DNA from: Lama glama
Taxonomy: Eukaryota
NCBI GenBank assembly: GCA_028534125.1
Contig: CM052816.1
Location: forward strand, 21,888,001 to 21,952,000
Length of the DNA: 64,000 bases
Direction: 5' to 3'
The position numbers and the translations under genes are program-made. Of the stretch, positions 13,216-26,395 are shown in pieces. The stretch's first letter is position 1, and every line of letters starts with the position of its first letter. The notes below the pieces were generated by a model. It made no database searches. It was given only the letters and a program-made list of their open reading frames with translations, and was not told where the DNA came from.

Positions 13216-16200
13216 CAATTATAATATCATACAGAGTATTTTCACTGCCCTAAATATCCTATGTACTCTACTTATTCATCTCCCCTCACCCACCTCTGAC
13301 AACCACTGATTTTTTTTAATATAGGAATTTTTATTTTTTAAATTGAATTATAGTCAATTTACAATGTTGTGCCAGTTTCTGGTGTACATAGTGATTCATT
13401 GATCCATTTGTCCTATTTTTCACCAATATCACACTGTCTTGATTACTGTGGCTTTATAAATAGCCTTAAAGTTGGATAGTGTCAGTTCTTTGACTTTATT
13501 CTTCTCCTTCAATACTGTGTTGGCTATTCTGGGTCTTTTGCCTCTCCATATAAACTTTAGAATCAGTTTGGTAGAATCCACAAAAATACTCGCTGGCATA
13601 TTTATTGGGACTGCATTAAATCTATAGATTAAGTTGTGGAGAATTGCAATTTTGACAACATTGAGTCTTCTTAACCATGACTATGGAATATATCTCTATT
13701 TAATTCTTTTTTGATATCTTTTTCAGAGTTTTATAGTTTTTCTTATATAGATATGCTATATATTTTGTTAGATTTATACCTAAATAGTTCATTTTGGAGG
13801 TACTAATATAAATGGTAATGTGTTTTAATTTCAAATTATAATTGTTCATTGTTGGTTTTATGGGAAAGCAGTTGACTTTTGTATATTAACGTTGTATCCT
13901 GCAACCTTGCTGTAATTGCTTATTAGCTTCAGGAGGTTTTTTTTGTTGTTGATTCTTTTGGATTTTCTGTGTAGTCAATCATGTCATCTGCAAATAATGG
14001 TAGTTTTATACCTTCCTTCACACTCTGTATATCTTTTATTTCCTTTCTGGTCTTACTGCATTAGCAAAGACTTCCAGTACGATGTTGAAAAGCAGTGGTG
14101 AGATGCAACATCCTTGCCTTGTACTTGATCTTAGGGAGAAAGTTTCAAGTTTTTCACCATTAAGTATAATGTTACCTTAGGTTTTTTATTGATACTTTTT
14201 AGCAAGTTGAGGAAGTTTCCCTCTATTCCTAGTTTACTGAGAGTTTTTATCATGAATGGACGTTATACTTTGTCAGATGCTTTTCCTGCATCTATTGATA
14301 TGGCCATGTAGTTTTTCTTCCGTATCTGGGTGATATGATAGGTAGGTTGCATTAATTGATTTTTAAATGATAAGCCAGTCTTGCATACCTGGATTAAATC
14401 CTGCTTCGTCTTGGTGTATAATTCTTTTTATGCATTGTCGCATTTGGTTTGCTGATATTTTGCTGAAGATTTTTATATCTATGTTCATGAGAGATACTGG
14501 TCTGCAGTTTTCTTACTTGTAATGTCTTTATCTAGTGTCAGTATTAGGATAATGCTGGCCTTGTAGAATAAGTTAGGAAGTGTCCTTTCTGCTTCTGTCC
14601 TCTGAAAGAGATTGTACAGAATTGGTGGTACTTCTTCCTTAAATGTTTGTTGGAATTCCCCATTGACTCCATCTGGGCCTGGTGCTTTCTGTTTTGGAAA
14701 GTTATTAATTATAGATTCAATATCATTAATAGATAAAGGGCTATTCAGATTGTCTGTTTCTTCCTTTGTGCATTTTAGACAATTGTGCCTTTCAAGTAAC
14801 TGGTCTATTTCACTTAAGTTATAAAATTTGTAAGCTTAAAGTTGTTCATAGTATTCCTTTATCAACCTTTTAAATTTCATGGGCTCTGTAGTGCTGTCTT
14901 CTTTTTCATTTCTGATAGTAGTAACGTGTCATTTCTCCTTTAGTTCTTAGTTAGCTTTGCTGGAGGCAATTTTATTGATCTTTTTAAATAATCAGCTACA
15001 GTTTTTGTTTATTTTCTCTATTCTTTTTCTCTTTTCAATTTCATTGATTTTTGCTCTAATTCTTACTATTTCTTTTCTTCTGGTTACTTTCGATTTAATT
15101 TTCCCCTTTTTCTATTTTCCTAATTTGGAAACATAGATTATTTTAGATCTTTCTTCTTTTCTAATAGGTATTGCAGTGCTATCAGTTTCCCTTTAACGGC
15201 TTTTGCTGTATCCCACAAATTTTAGTAGGTTGTGTCTTAATTTTCATTTAGTTCAAAATATTTTAAAAGTTGTCTTGAGATTTCTTCTTTGACCCATGTG
15301 TCATTTGTAAGTGTTTTTTTTTTAAATCTCTATGTATTTGGGGATTTTCAAGCTGTCTTTTTATTATCAATTTCTTGTTTAATTCTGTTGTGGTCTATTA
15401 GCGGATATTGTATGATTTCTATTATTTTAAACTTGTTAAGATATGTTTTATTGCCTAGAATGTGATCTGTCTTGGAGAATGTGTTATGTGAGCTTGAGAA
15501 AAATGTGTAATCAGCTGTTGTTGAATGAAATAGTCTGTAGATGTCTGTTGTATCCAGTTGATTGGTGCTGTTGAGTTCAGTTACATCTTTACTTATTTTC
15601 TGCCTGCTGGATCTGTATGTTTCTGAGAGAGGGTTTTAAAGTCTTCAAGTATGATAATAGATTTATATATTTCTCCTCTATTCTATCCATTTTTGCCTTA
15701 TGTAGTTTGATGCTCTTTGGTTAGGCACAAACACATTAAGAATTTTTATGTCTTCATGGAGAACTGACCTATTTATCATTAGATAATGCCAAGCTTTTAC
15801 CCTTTATAACTTTTTTTGGCATTTGCTTTATCTGAAATTAATATAGGTACTCCCACATTCTTTTGATTAGTATTAGCATGTTATATCTTTCTCCACTTAC
15901 TTTTTTTACTGCACATATTTAAAAATTTACACATATATACCGTTCATTGTTTCTAGGAATGTTTAGAGCTTTAGCTTTTTAAACTTATGTAGTTATCAAA
16001 GGAATAAAGCCATCCACAAAATAAATATTAATTAAAAAAGATACATACACCCTGCTATTAACAGCAACATTATTTATAATTGCCAAGATATGGAAGCATC
16101 CTAAGTACACATCAATAGATGAATGGATAAAGAAGATGCAGTATATATATGTAATCTCCATTTACTTTTCATCTATGTATGTACTTATATTTAAAGTGTT

Positions 16201-16431
16201 TTTCTTGTAAACAACATATAGTTGGACTGTATTTTTTGATTCACTCTGATATCTGTGTCTTTAAATTGGTTTATTTGGTTCATTTAGGCCATTGACATTC
16301 AGTGTGATTAGTAATACAGTTTGGTTAATATTCAGCATATTTGCTACTGTTTCTGTTTCTTGCCCTTGTTCTTTGTTCCTATTTTTGTCTTCCAAAAATT
16401 AGGAAGTTTTAATTGAGCCTTTTGCAGTTTT

Positions 16432-16667
16432 TTTAATTGAGGTATAGTCAGTTTACAGTGTTGTGTCAATTTCTGGTGTACAGCACAATGCTTCAGTCAT
16501 ACATGAACATACATATATTCGTTTTCATATTCTTTTTCACCATCAGCTACTACAAGATATTGAGTATATTCCCCTGTGCTATACAGTATAAAGTTGTTCA
16601 CCTATTTTATATATACCAGTCAGTATCTGCAAATCTCAAGCTCCCAGTTTACGCCTTCCCACCCCCA
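16432..16667 (-). mobile_element. Young L1 3' end, 5'-truncated, with 17-bp TSD
   Basis: TSD gagccttttgcagtttt (16415-16431) / gagcctcttgcagtttt (16668-16684). Target reads TT/AAAA on the minus strand. Confidence 0.85.
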
Positions 16668-17708
16668 GAGCCTCTTGCAGTTTTAATTGAGCATTTTACC
16701 TGATTACATTTTCTCTTCTTTCTTATTTAGCACATTGGTTATACTTCTTTACTTTTTTTAGTAGTTGCCCTAGTGTTTTCAATGTATATTTACAACAAAT
16801 CCAAGTCCACTTTTAAATAAACCTATCCACATCAAGCATAGTACAATAACAAATTAATCCAAATTCATTTCTCCCATTTCTTGTATTATTGCTGTCATTT
16901 GTTTTATTATGCATAAGGATATGTACATATACACAAAAGATATATACAGATAAGCATACCTAATTGAATATATTGTTGCTATTATTATTTTGAACAACTA
17001 TTATTTGTTAGATCATTTATGAATTGGTTTTTACTTGATTTTTTATTTTAATTGACAACTGATTTTTCAATTTAAAAAAGAGTTTATGTTCACTTACTTA
17101 TTCTCCATACTCTTCCTTTCTTTATGTAGGTAGTTTCTGACCTATATTCATTTTCCTTCTCCCTGGGAAACTTTTATTAATGTTTCTTGCAAGCAGGCCT
17201 ACTGGCAACAAATTCCCTCAATTTTTGTTTGTCAGAGAAAGTCTGCATTTCTCCTTCACTTTTGAAGGATAATTTCACAGGGTACTGAACTCTAGGTTAG
17301 CGGTTTTCTTCTCTCAATACTTGAAATATTTAACTTTGCTCTTTTCTTGCTTAAATGGTTTCTGACAGAGGTCTGTAATTCTTATCTTTGCTCTTCTATA
17401 GGTAAGGCGTTTTTCCCTCTGGCCACTTTCAAGATATTTTCTTTCTGTTTGATTTTCTAATGTACAAGTATGATATACTTAGACATAGTTTTTTGGGCAC
17501 TTATCCTGCTTGGTGTTCTCTTTAATTCCTGGATCTGTGGTTTGATGTGTGACATTAATTTGGGGAAACTCTTAGTCATTACCGCTTCAAACGTTGCTTC
17601 TGTTCCTTCTCTCTGTTTCTTTTCCTTCTAGAATTCCAGTTATGTATATGTCATACCTTTTTTAGTTGTCCCGCAGTTCTTGAATATTCTCTTCTGGGTT
17701 TTTTTTTT

Positions 17709-18208
17709 NNNNNNNNNNNNNNNNNNNNNNNNNNNNNNNNNNNNNNNNNNNNNNNNNNNNNNNNNNNNNNNNNNNNNNNNNNNNNNNNNNNNNNNNNNNN
17801 NNNNNNNNNNNNNNNNNNNNNNNNNNNNNNNNNNNNNNNNNNNNNNNNNNNNNNNNNNNNNNNNNNNNNNNNNNNNNNNNNNNNNNNNNNNNNNNNNNNN
17901 NNNNNNNNNNNNNNNNNNNNNNNNNNNNNNNNNNNNNNNNNNNNNNNNNNNNNNNNNNNNNNNNNNNNNNNNNNNNNNNNNNNNNNNNNNNNNNNNNNNN
18001 NNNNNNNNNNNNNNNNNNNNNNNNNNNNNNNNNNNNNNNNNNNNNNNNNNNNNNNNNNNNNNNNNNNNNNNNNNNNNNNNNNNNNNNNNNNNNNNNNNNN
18101 NNNNNNNNNNNNNNNNNNNNNNNNNNNNNNNNNNNNNNNNNNNNNNNNNNNNNNNNNNNNNNNNNNNNNNNNNNNNNNNNNNNNNNNNNNNNNNNNNNNN
18201 NNNNNNNN
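17709..18208. other. Assembly gap (500 N)
   Basis: Run of exactly 500 N, probably a fixed-size scaffold spacer. Confidence 0.99.
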
Positions 18209-18659
18209 AAGATTAGGAAGGATGTTTCAAGATGACTTGGTGTAAAGCCCTTAATCCTTACATCCAGACTACAAGGGCTTAAAGGAATGCCATCATAACT
18301 GAAGTGATGAAAACAAGTAGGAAGATGATTTAAGGTAAAGCTGAATGATGAGAAAAATTTGGTCAATTTAGAGTTTTGAACGCCATGTTATTGATTTTGA
18401 TCTTTATGATTTTGTTAGGCTTTTTAAATTTGATAACCCAAACAAAACTTTCTTTTAAATTTGTCATTTATAGTCGAACTTGATCTACCAATAAATTGTC
18501 AGTACAATTCAATAGAAATATATATCTCAAAACTCAAAAATTCAGTAACTTTTCTATGGTTTTATTGTATTTGTTTTTAGATTTACCTTTTATTTATGAC
18601 AGATAATAATTTTCCATTTATGAAAATGATACAAATTTTCCTTTTGTTTGTCTGTTTAT

Positions 18660-19105
18660 ATTTATTTTAGTTTTACTGTGGTAGGAACACTTACATGAGA
18701 CCTACCCTCTTAACAGATTTTGAGTATTATCTATAAGCACAATATTGTACAGGAGATCTCTAGAACTTATTTATTTTGCATAACTGAAGTTTTATACTTG
18801 TTGATTAGCAGCTACTTGTTTCCCCCTCCCCAAGCCCCCAATAATTCTTTTCTTTCCTATTATAAAAAAAAAGATAACGAATGTTGGTGAAGTTGTGGAG
18901 AAACTGGAACCTTTGTACTCTGTTGGTGGAAATGCAGAAATGATGCAGCTGCTCTGGAAAACAGTATGGAAGCTCCTTTTAAAATTAAGACTAGAACTAC
19001 TGTATGATTCAGCAATCCCACTTATGGGTATTTATCCAAAAGAATTGAAATCAGTATCTCAGAGAGATAGTAGCATTCCTATGTTCATTGCAGCACTATT
19101 CACTT
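18660..19105. mobile_element. Two short L1 fragments in opposite orientations
   Basis: Antisense 3' end at 18660-18840. Sense ORF2 C-terminal piece at 18895-19113 (LELLYDSAIPLMGIYPKELK). Confidence 0.75.
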
Positions 19106-19215
19106 TTCTTTAATTTTCTTCTTTCCTTCTCCTCTCTTCTCCTTCCCCCTTCCCCTCCCCTACCCTCTTCTCCTCACTCCTTCTCTCCCTCTCTTTCTTT
19201 CTTTCTTTCTCTATC
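19105..19215. repeat. Pyrimidine-rich (CT) low-complexity tract
   Basis: Almost only C and T. Confidence 0.85.
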
Positions 19216-20334
19216 TATTGTATTAATTAGTTAACTCTCTACTTATGTTTAAGATTATGAATCTAAAAATTTGATTGTACATTATAGTTCCTGGGTGGGG
19301 CTTGTCAACTGTAAAACTTATTGTAGGTGATTTGGCTGAGCCTTTTACTTGAAACAGCAACATTAGCTCTTTCCATTTGGGCTGCAGAGGGCAAAATCTT
19401 TCATTCTCTTGCCTGGAAGATAAAGGTCTCTTAGAGTTGGGAGTTTCAACACCATTTATTTTTACAACACCTTCCCCTTCACCTTCTGGAAGTTCCTCAG
19501 AAAGGAAACCATCTGTTATACCCTTTTCACTTAAAAAAAAAATCCTACAGTGTTTGCTTGAGTTAGGGAAGAGCATTTACAAGAACTGGGAGAGTAGATC
19601 TGGGAATTCAACTGCTGTCTCTTTATATAAATATAGCATTCATTAAAAAGAGAGGATGCATAGTTTAAAGAAAAAAAATAGATAAGTACCCTTGTGCCTG
19701 CTCACTATGCAGACAGTGAAATAGAACATTACATATACTGTCCTCCCCAAAATCCAGAGTCTCACCATGGTTCCATTCACTCTCTCCCATAAGTAATGAT
19801 TATCCTAAGTTTTCTGTCATTTGTTTCTCTAATTTTGTATTTTTATAAACAGCATCCTTATTAAATCTTTCATTCCATAAGCATGATACATTCTGTAATT
19901 TATTTAGCTGTTTAATATTTTTCAGTACAGTTTTATTATTTTAACTAGAATGACCTTGCATTTTTTATTAGACACATTCCTAGGCACATTATGTTATTTG
20001 ATGCTATTGTGAATTGTCTATTTGTAAATTACATTTTTTATATTTTTTATTTATGGAGTATAGCAATACAAAATGATTTGTATATATTTGTGCATAGCCA
20101 GAATCCTGCTACATCTTACTAATGCTAGTGTATGTCTGTAGATTCTTTTAGATCTTCTACGTAGACAGTCATATCATCTACAAATAATAAATTTGTTTTT
20201 TCCATGTGAATTTTCACTCATTGTCCTGGATAAGGCCTCCAGTCCAACATATTTTCTGTATGAGATCTGAAGGAAAATTGTTTTAAAAGTTTCACTGTTA
20301 AGATTATAACTTTTGTGACTTATTTTATAGGTAA

Positions 20335-20725
20335 CTTGTACTAATCAAGATAAACTATGGTGAGAAACAACCCCCAAAATTTAGCAACTAAAATAATAAA
20401 GGTTCATTTCTTGTTCATGCTGTATACCTCCATTGGGTTGAGTTAGGGCCCTGCTCATTGTCACTGATAGAGCTGCCCCCATCTTGAATATTGCTAAAAA
20501 GCTATGCCAGTGAAAAAAAAAAAGAAAAAAAGAAAGAAAGCTCTGGAAGGTCTTCTTACATTGACAATTGAATGTTCTGGCCTGGAAGTGACATTCATTA
20601 GTTCTGCTCAAAACTCATTGGCTTGGAATAGTGACTTGGACTTACTGAACCACAAGGGGGCCAGGAGATGCATCTTCTCTAAGAAAAACCAAAAAGCTTT
20701 GAGAAACAATACTCAAGACCACCAT
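20335..20725 (-). mobile_element. Old MaLR LTR (MLT1-like)
   Basis: aaacaacccccaaaat...aaaggttcatttcttgttcatg pattern typical of old MLT1 LTRs. Confidence 0.55.
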
Positions 20726-22256
20726 CATCCTAGGTTGAGAACTTCTTCCTATTTCTAGTTTGCTATGATGTGCATATGATTTTTATTAAAATTTTTTTTG
20801 CATCTGTTGGGTACATACTTCTGTGTTGACAGCCTTTTTTCTCTCTGCTCTTTGATGCTCTCATTCCACTATCTACTCACTTCCATGTTGCTGTTGGGGC
20901 TCTTCTATTAGCCTAATTTCCATTTCCTTGTAAATCATATGAATGTAGGAAAGGGTTAACTCAGCAGGCCTGCCCATTCCCAAGGTCCTCAGGCCTGTCC
21001 TATGGCTTGGCTCCTGGGAGATGACCTCTATTCTGCCTAATAAGAATGTTTTTGTTTGTCCTGAGCCAGGCGAGATAGCTTATGCTAGCAATGTGATTTA
21101 TGGTAAACACCTGTTTTTGATGCCTGAGGCTTTGGGCTACCTTGTATCAGTTTGACCTCTGGGGGACTGGGGTCTGAGTAGCTGAGGTCAGCCATGCAGG
21201 CACAGCATATTTATGTGAGTGACTCCAAATAGAAACCCTGATGCCAAGGCTCACTGAGCTTCCCTAGTTGGCAGCGCTTTGCATGTAGGAGAATTAAATG
21301 TTCTCCATGTGATTTCAACTAGGGGCAGACAACTGGAAGCTTGTACTCCTGGATTCATCTCTAAATGCCATTTCTTCTATTCTTCACTCCATGTATCTTT
21401 TCCCTTTCGTGATTTTATTTTATTTGTATTTTTAAAAATAAATTTTTTTATTTGAAGTACAGTTGATTCATAATATTATATTACTGTCAAGTGTACATAT
21501 AGTGATTCAGTATTTTTACAGATTATACTCCATTGTAAATTATTATAATGGCTTTAATTCCTGTGCTATACAGTGTATCCTTGTTGCTAACCTATTTTAT
21601 GCATAGTAGTTTGTATCTGTTCATCCCATCCCTTCCCACTTCCCTCTCCCCTTTGATAACTACGAGCTTTGTTTTCTTTATCTGTGAGTTTGCTTCTGTT
21701 TTGCATATACATTCATTTGTATTTTTTTTTAGATTCCACATATAAGTGATATCATACCGTATTTGTCTTTCTCTGTCTGACTTATTTCATGAAACACAAT
21801 ATTCTCTAGGTCCATTCACGTTGTTGCAAATGGAAGAATTTCATTCTTTTTTAAGTCCATTGTATATATACCACGTCTTCTTTATCCATGTGTCTTTTCA
21901 TGGGCATTTGGGTTGCTTCCATGTCTTAGCTATTTCTCTAATAGTTAGCAGTGATGAGCATCATTTCATGTGCCTATTAGCCATCTATTTCTTCTTTGGA
22001 AAAGTGTCTGTTCAGGACTTTTGCCCATCTTATGATTGAGTTGGGGTTTTTTTGCTATTGAGTTATATGAGCTCTTTATGTTTTTTGGATATTTACCCCT
22101 TGTTGGTCACAATATTTGCAAATATATTCTCCAATTATGTAGGTTGTCATTTTGTGTTGTTGGTGGTTTCCTTTGCTGTGCAAAAGCTTTTAAGTTTAAT
22201 TAGACCCCATTTCTTTCTTTCTGTTTTTCTTTCTTTTGCTGTAGGAGGCTGATCCA

Positions 22257-22332
22257 AATATATATATTTATATATATATAAAAATATATATATAAATATA
22301 TATATTTATATATAGCAATATATATATATATT
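22257..22332. repeat. (TA)n-rich microsatellite
   Basis: Imperfect TA repeat inside the L1. Confidence 0.9.
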
Positions 22333-23621
22333 GCTACAATTTATGTCAAAGAGTGTTCTGCCTGTTTTCTTCCTGGAGTTTTATGGTTTCCAGTCTTACA
22401 TTTAAGTCTTTAATTCATTTTGAGTTTATTTTTGTATATAGTGTTAAGAGAATGTTTTAATCTCATACTTTTACATATAGCTGTTCAGTTTTCCCAGCAC
22501 CACATGTTGAAGAGACTGTCTTTTCTCCATTGTATATTCTTGTTTCATTTTTTGTAGATTAATTGACCATAGATGCATGATTTTATTCCTGGATTTTCTT
22601 TTTTTTGCAGTGTCTTTATCTGGTTTGCCCTTAATCAGGACAATGGTTGCCATGTAGCATAAATTTGAGAGTATTCCCTCTTCTTCAGTTTTTTGGAATA
22701 GTTTGAGAAAAATAGATATTAGTTCTTTTTCGTATTTGGTAGAATTACCCTGTGAAACCATTTGGTGTGAACTTTTGTTTGCTAGGACTTATTATTATTA
22801 CAAATACAATTTCACTTCTAGTGATTGGCTTATTCAAATTGTCTGTTTCTTCTTGGTTCAGCCTTGGCAGGTTGTATGTTTCTATAAATTTGTTTATTTC
22901 TTCTCAGTTGTCCAATTTGTGGTTCATACTCTTCTCATGATTTTTTGTTTCTGTGTATCAGTTGTTATTTCTCCTTTTTCATTACTTATTTTTATTTGGG
23001 TCCTCTCTCTTTTCTTCTTGGTGAGCCCTGCTAAAGATTTTTCAATTCTGTTTATCTTTTCAAAAAAAAAAAACCAAACAGCTCTTGGTTTCATTGATCT
23101 TTTCTATTGTTTTCTTTTTAATCTCTGTTTTTCTTATTTCCTCTCTGATCTTTGTTATTTCCTTCCTTCTGCTGACTTTGGGCTTTGTTTCTTCTTCTTT
23201 TTCTAATTCTTTTAAGTGGTAGGTTAGGTTGTTTATTTGAGATTTTTCTTGTTTCTTGAAGAAGACCTGTATTACTTACTGTAAACTTCTCTCTTAGAAG
23301 TGTTTTTCTGCATCCCATAGATTTTGGAAAGTTTTGTTTCCATTTTCACTTTTCTCAAGGTATTTTCTGGTTTCCTCTTTGATTTCATCATTGACCCACT
23401 GGTTTTTTTTAGTAGCATGTTGTTTCATCTCCACATGTTTGTTCTTTTCCCATTTTTCTTTCTGTAGTTGATTTCTATTTACATACCATTATGGTTGGAA
23501 AAAATTCCTGATTTAACTTCTATTCTCTTAAATTTGTTGAGGTTTGTGTTGTGGTCTGGTATGTGATTTATCCTGAATAACATTCCTTGTGCACTTGAAA
23601 AACTGTGTGTTCTGCTGTTTT

Positions 23622-24091
23622 TTGTTTGTTTTAATTTTTTATTGATTTATAATCATTTTACAATGTTGTGTCAAATTCCAGTGTAGAACACAATTTTTCA
23701 GCTATACATGAACATATATATATTCATTGAGACATTTTTTTCTCTGTGAGCTACCATAAGATCTTGTGTATATTCCCCTGTGCTATACAGTATAATCTTG
23801 TTTGTCTATTCTACAATTTTGAAATCCCATCTATCCCTTCCCACCCACTGCCACCTTGGCAACAACAAGTTTGTATTCTATGTCTATGAGTCTATTTCTG
23901 TTCTGTATTTATGCTTTGTTTTGTTGTTTTTGTTTTTTGGGGTTTTTTTTTTAGATTCCACATATGAGCAATCTCATATGGTATTTTTCTTTCTCTTTCT
24001 GGCTTACTTCACTTAGAGTGACATTCTTCAGGTGCATCTATGTTGCTGCAGATGGCGTTATGTTGTCGGTTTTTATGGCTGAGTAGTATTC
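23622..24091 (-). mobile_element. Young 5'-truncated L1 with 23-bp TSD
   Basis: TSD aaaactgtgt(g/a)ttctgctgtttt at 23599-23621 and 24092-24114. Confidence 0.88.
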
Positions 24092-24799
24092 AAAACTGTG
24101 TATTCTGCTGTTTTGAATGTAATGTCTTGTAGGTATCTATTTAGTACAACTGGTCTATTTTTTCATTTGGGACCTCTGTTACCTTATTGATTTTCTGTGT
24201 GGATATTCTGTCCATTGTTGTCAGTGAGGTATTAAACTCCTCTACTATTATTCTATTATTGCCAATTTCTCCCTTTATGTCTGTTAATGTTTGCTTTATA
24301 TTTTTAGGTGCTCCTATACGTATATTGGGTATGTATATTTTAATGATAGTAATATTTTCTTCTTGTATTGATCCCTTCATCAGTATATAATGCCCTTCTT
24401 TCTCTTTGTTATAGCCTTTCTTTTAAAGTCTTTTGTCTGGTATGAGTATTGCTACCCCCACTTACTTTTTGTTTCTGTTTGTGTGAAATATATTTTTCTA
24501 TATCCTCTCACTTTCAGTCTGTATGCATCTTTAGCCCTGAAGTGAGTCTCTTGAGGCAACATAGTGAAGGATCTTTTTATTTCAATCATCTAACCTGTGT
24601 ATTTTGATTGGAGTTTTTTATTACATTGACACAAAATAATTATTGATAGATATGTTATTGCCATTTTATTACTTTTTTCAGTTGTTTTTGTAGTTGTTCT
24701 CTGTTAATTTCTTATTTTTGTTTCTGTCATTGTAGTTTGATGATTTTCTTTGATAGTATGCTTGGGTTCCTTTCTTTTTGGTTTCTATTGCAAGTTTTT

Positions 24800-26395
24800 T
24801 TTTTATTGAAGTATATTTAGTTTACAACGTTGTGTCAATTTCTGATGTACAGCATAATAGTTCAGTCATACATATACATACATATACTCATTTTCATATT
24901 CTTTTTCATTATAGGTTACTACAAGATATTGAATATAGTTCCCTGTGCTATACAGTATAAGCTTTTTGTTAATCTATTTTATATATGGTAGGTAGTATCT
25001 GCAAATCTCAGACTCCCAATTTATCCCTTCCCACTCTCCTCTGCACCCCTGGCAATCATAAGTTTGTTTTCTATGTGTGTGAGTCTGCCCCTGTTTTATA
25101 AATAAGTTTGTGTGTGTCTGTGTGTGTTTTTTTTAGATTTCACATATAAGTGAGATCATATAGTATTTTTCTTTCTCTTTCTGGCTTACTTCACTTAGAA
25201 TGATAATCTCCAAGTCCATCCATGTTGCTGCAAATGGCATTATTTTTTATGGTTGAGTAGTATTCTGTTGTATAAACGTACCACAACTTCTTTATCCAGT
25301 CATCTGTCAATATACATTTAGCTTGTTTCTACGTCTTGCTATTACAAATAGTGCTGCATGAATATTGGGGTGCATGTATCTTTTCAAATTAGAGTTCCCT
25401 CTGGATATATGCCCAGGAGTGAAATTGCTGGGTCATATGGTAAGTCTATTTTTAGTCTTTTGAGGAATCTCCCTACTGTTTTCCGTAATGGCTGCACCAA
25501 ACTACATTCCTACCAGCAGTGTAGGAGGGTTCCCTTTTCTCCACACCCTTTACAGCATTAATCATTTGTGGACTTGTGAATGATGGCCATTTTGACTGGT
25601 GTGAGCTGATATCTCATTGTAGTTTTGATTTGCATTTCTCTGATAATTAGTGATATTGAACATCTTTTCATGTGCCTATTGGCCATTTATATGTCTTCAT
25701 TGGAGAATTGGTTGTTTCGGTCTTCTGCCCATTTTTGGATTGGGTTTTTTTTTTAATATTAAGTTGTATGAGCTGTTTATATATTCTAGAAGTTAAGCCC
25801 TTGTCAGTCTCATCTTTTGCAAATATTTTCTCCCATTCCGTAGGTTGTCTTTTTGTTTTGCTATGGTTTACTTTGCTGTGCAAAAGCTTGTAAGTTGAAT
25901 TAGGTCCCATATGTTTATTTTTGCCTTTAGTTCTGTTGCCTGGGTAGACTGTCTTAGGAGAACATTGCTAAGATCTGTGTCAGATAATGTTTTGCCTATG
26001 TTTTCTTTTAAGAGATTTATAATGTCTTGTCTAATGTTTAAGTCTGTAAGCCATTTTGAGTTTATTTTTGTGTATGGTATGAGGAGGTATTCTAACTTCA
26101 TTGATTTACATGCATCTGTCCAGTTTTCCCAATACCGTTTGCTGAAGAGGCTATCTTTACTCCATTGTATATTCTTGCCTCCTTTGTTGAAGATGAATTG
26201 ACCAAAATTCTGTGGGTTTATTTAGGGGCTCTCTATTCTGTTCCATTGATGGTTATGTCTCTTTTTGTACCAAAAACCATGCTGTTTGGATTACTGTAGC
26301 TCTGTAGTATTGTCTGAAGTCTGGGAAGGTTATTCCTCCAGCTTCATTCTTTTTCTTCAGTATTGCTTTGGAAATTCTGGGTCTTTAGTGATTCC
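24800..26395 (-). mobile_element. 5'-truncated L1 (~1.6 kb) with 15-bp TSD
   Basis: TSD ct(a/g)ttgcaagttttt at 24785-24799 and 26396-26410. ORF2 C-terminal peptides at 25668..26101 (RQPTEWEKIFA, PYTKINSKW). Confidence 0.88.

Larger units (their letters stand above)
6965..17708 (-). mobile_element. Mosaic of old antisense L1 elements with nested insertions
   Basis: Continuous T-rich antisense L1 sequence. Decayed ORF2 peptides on the minus strand (10012..10194, 10790..11014). A second L1 3' end begins near 12520. Confidence 0.8.

Noticed and set aside
17662..18366. Long ORFs of 234 and 178 aa
   Set aside because: Artefacts of translating through the 500-N gap.
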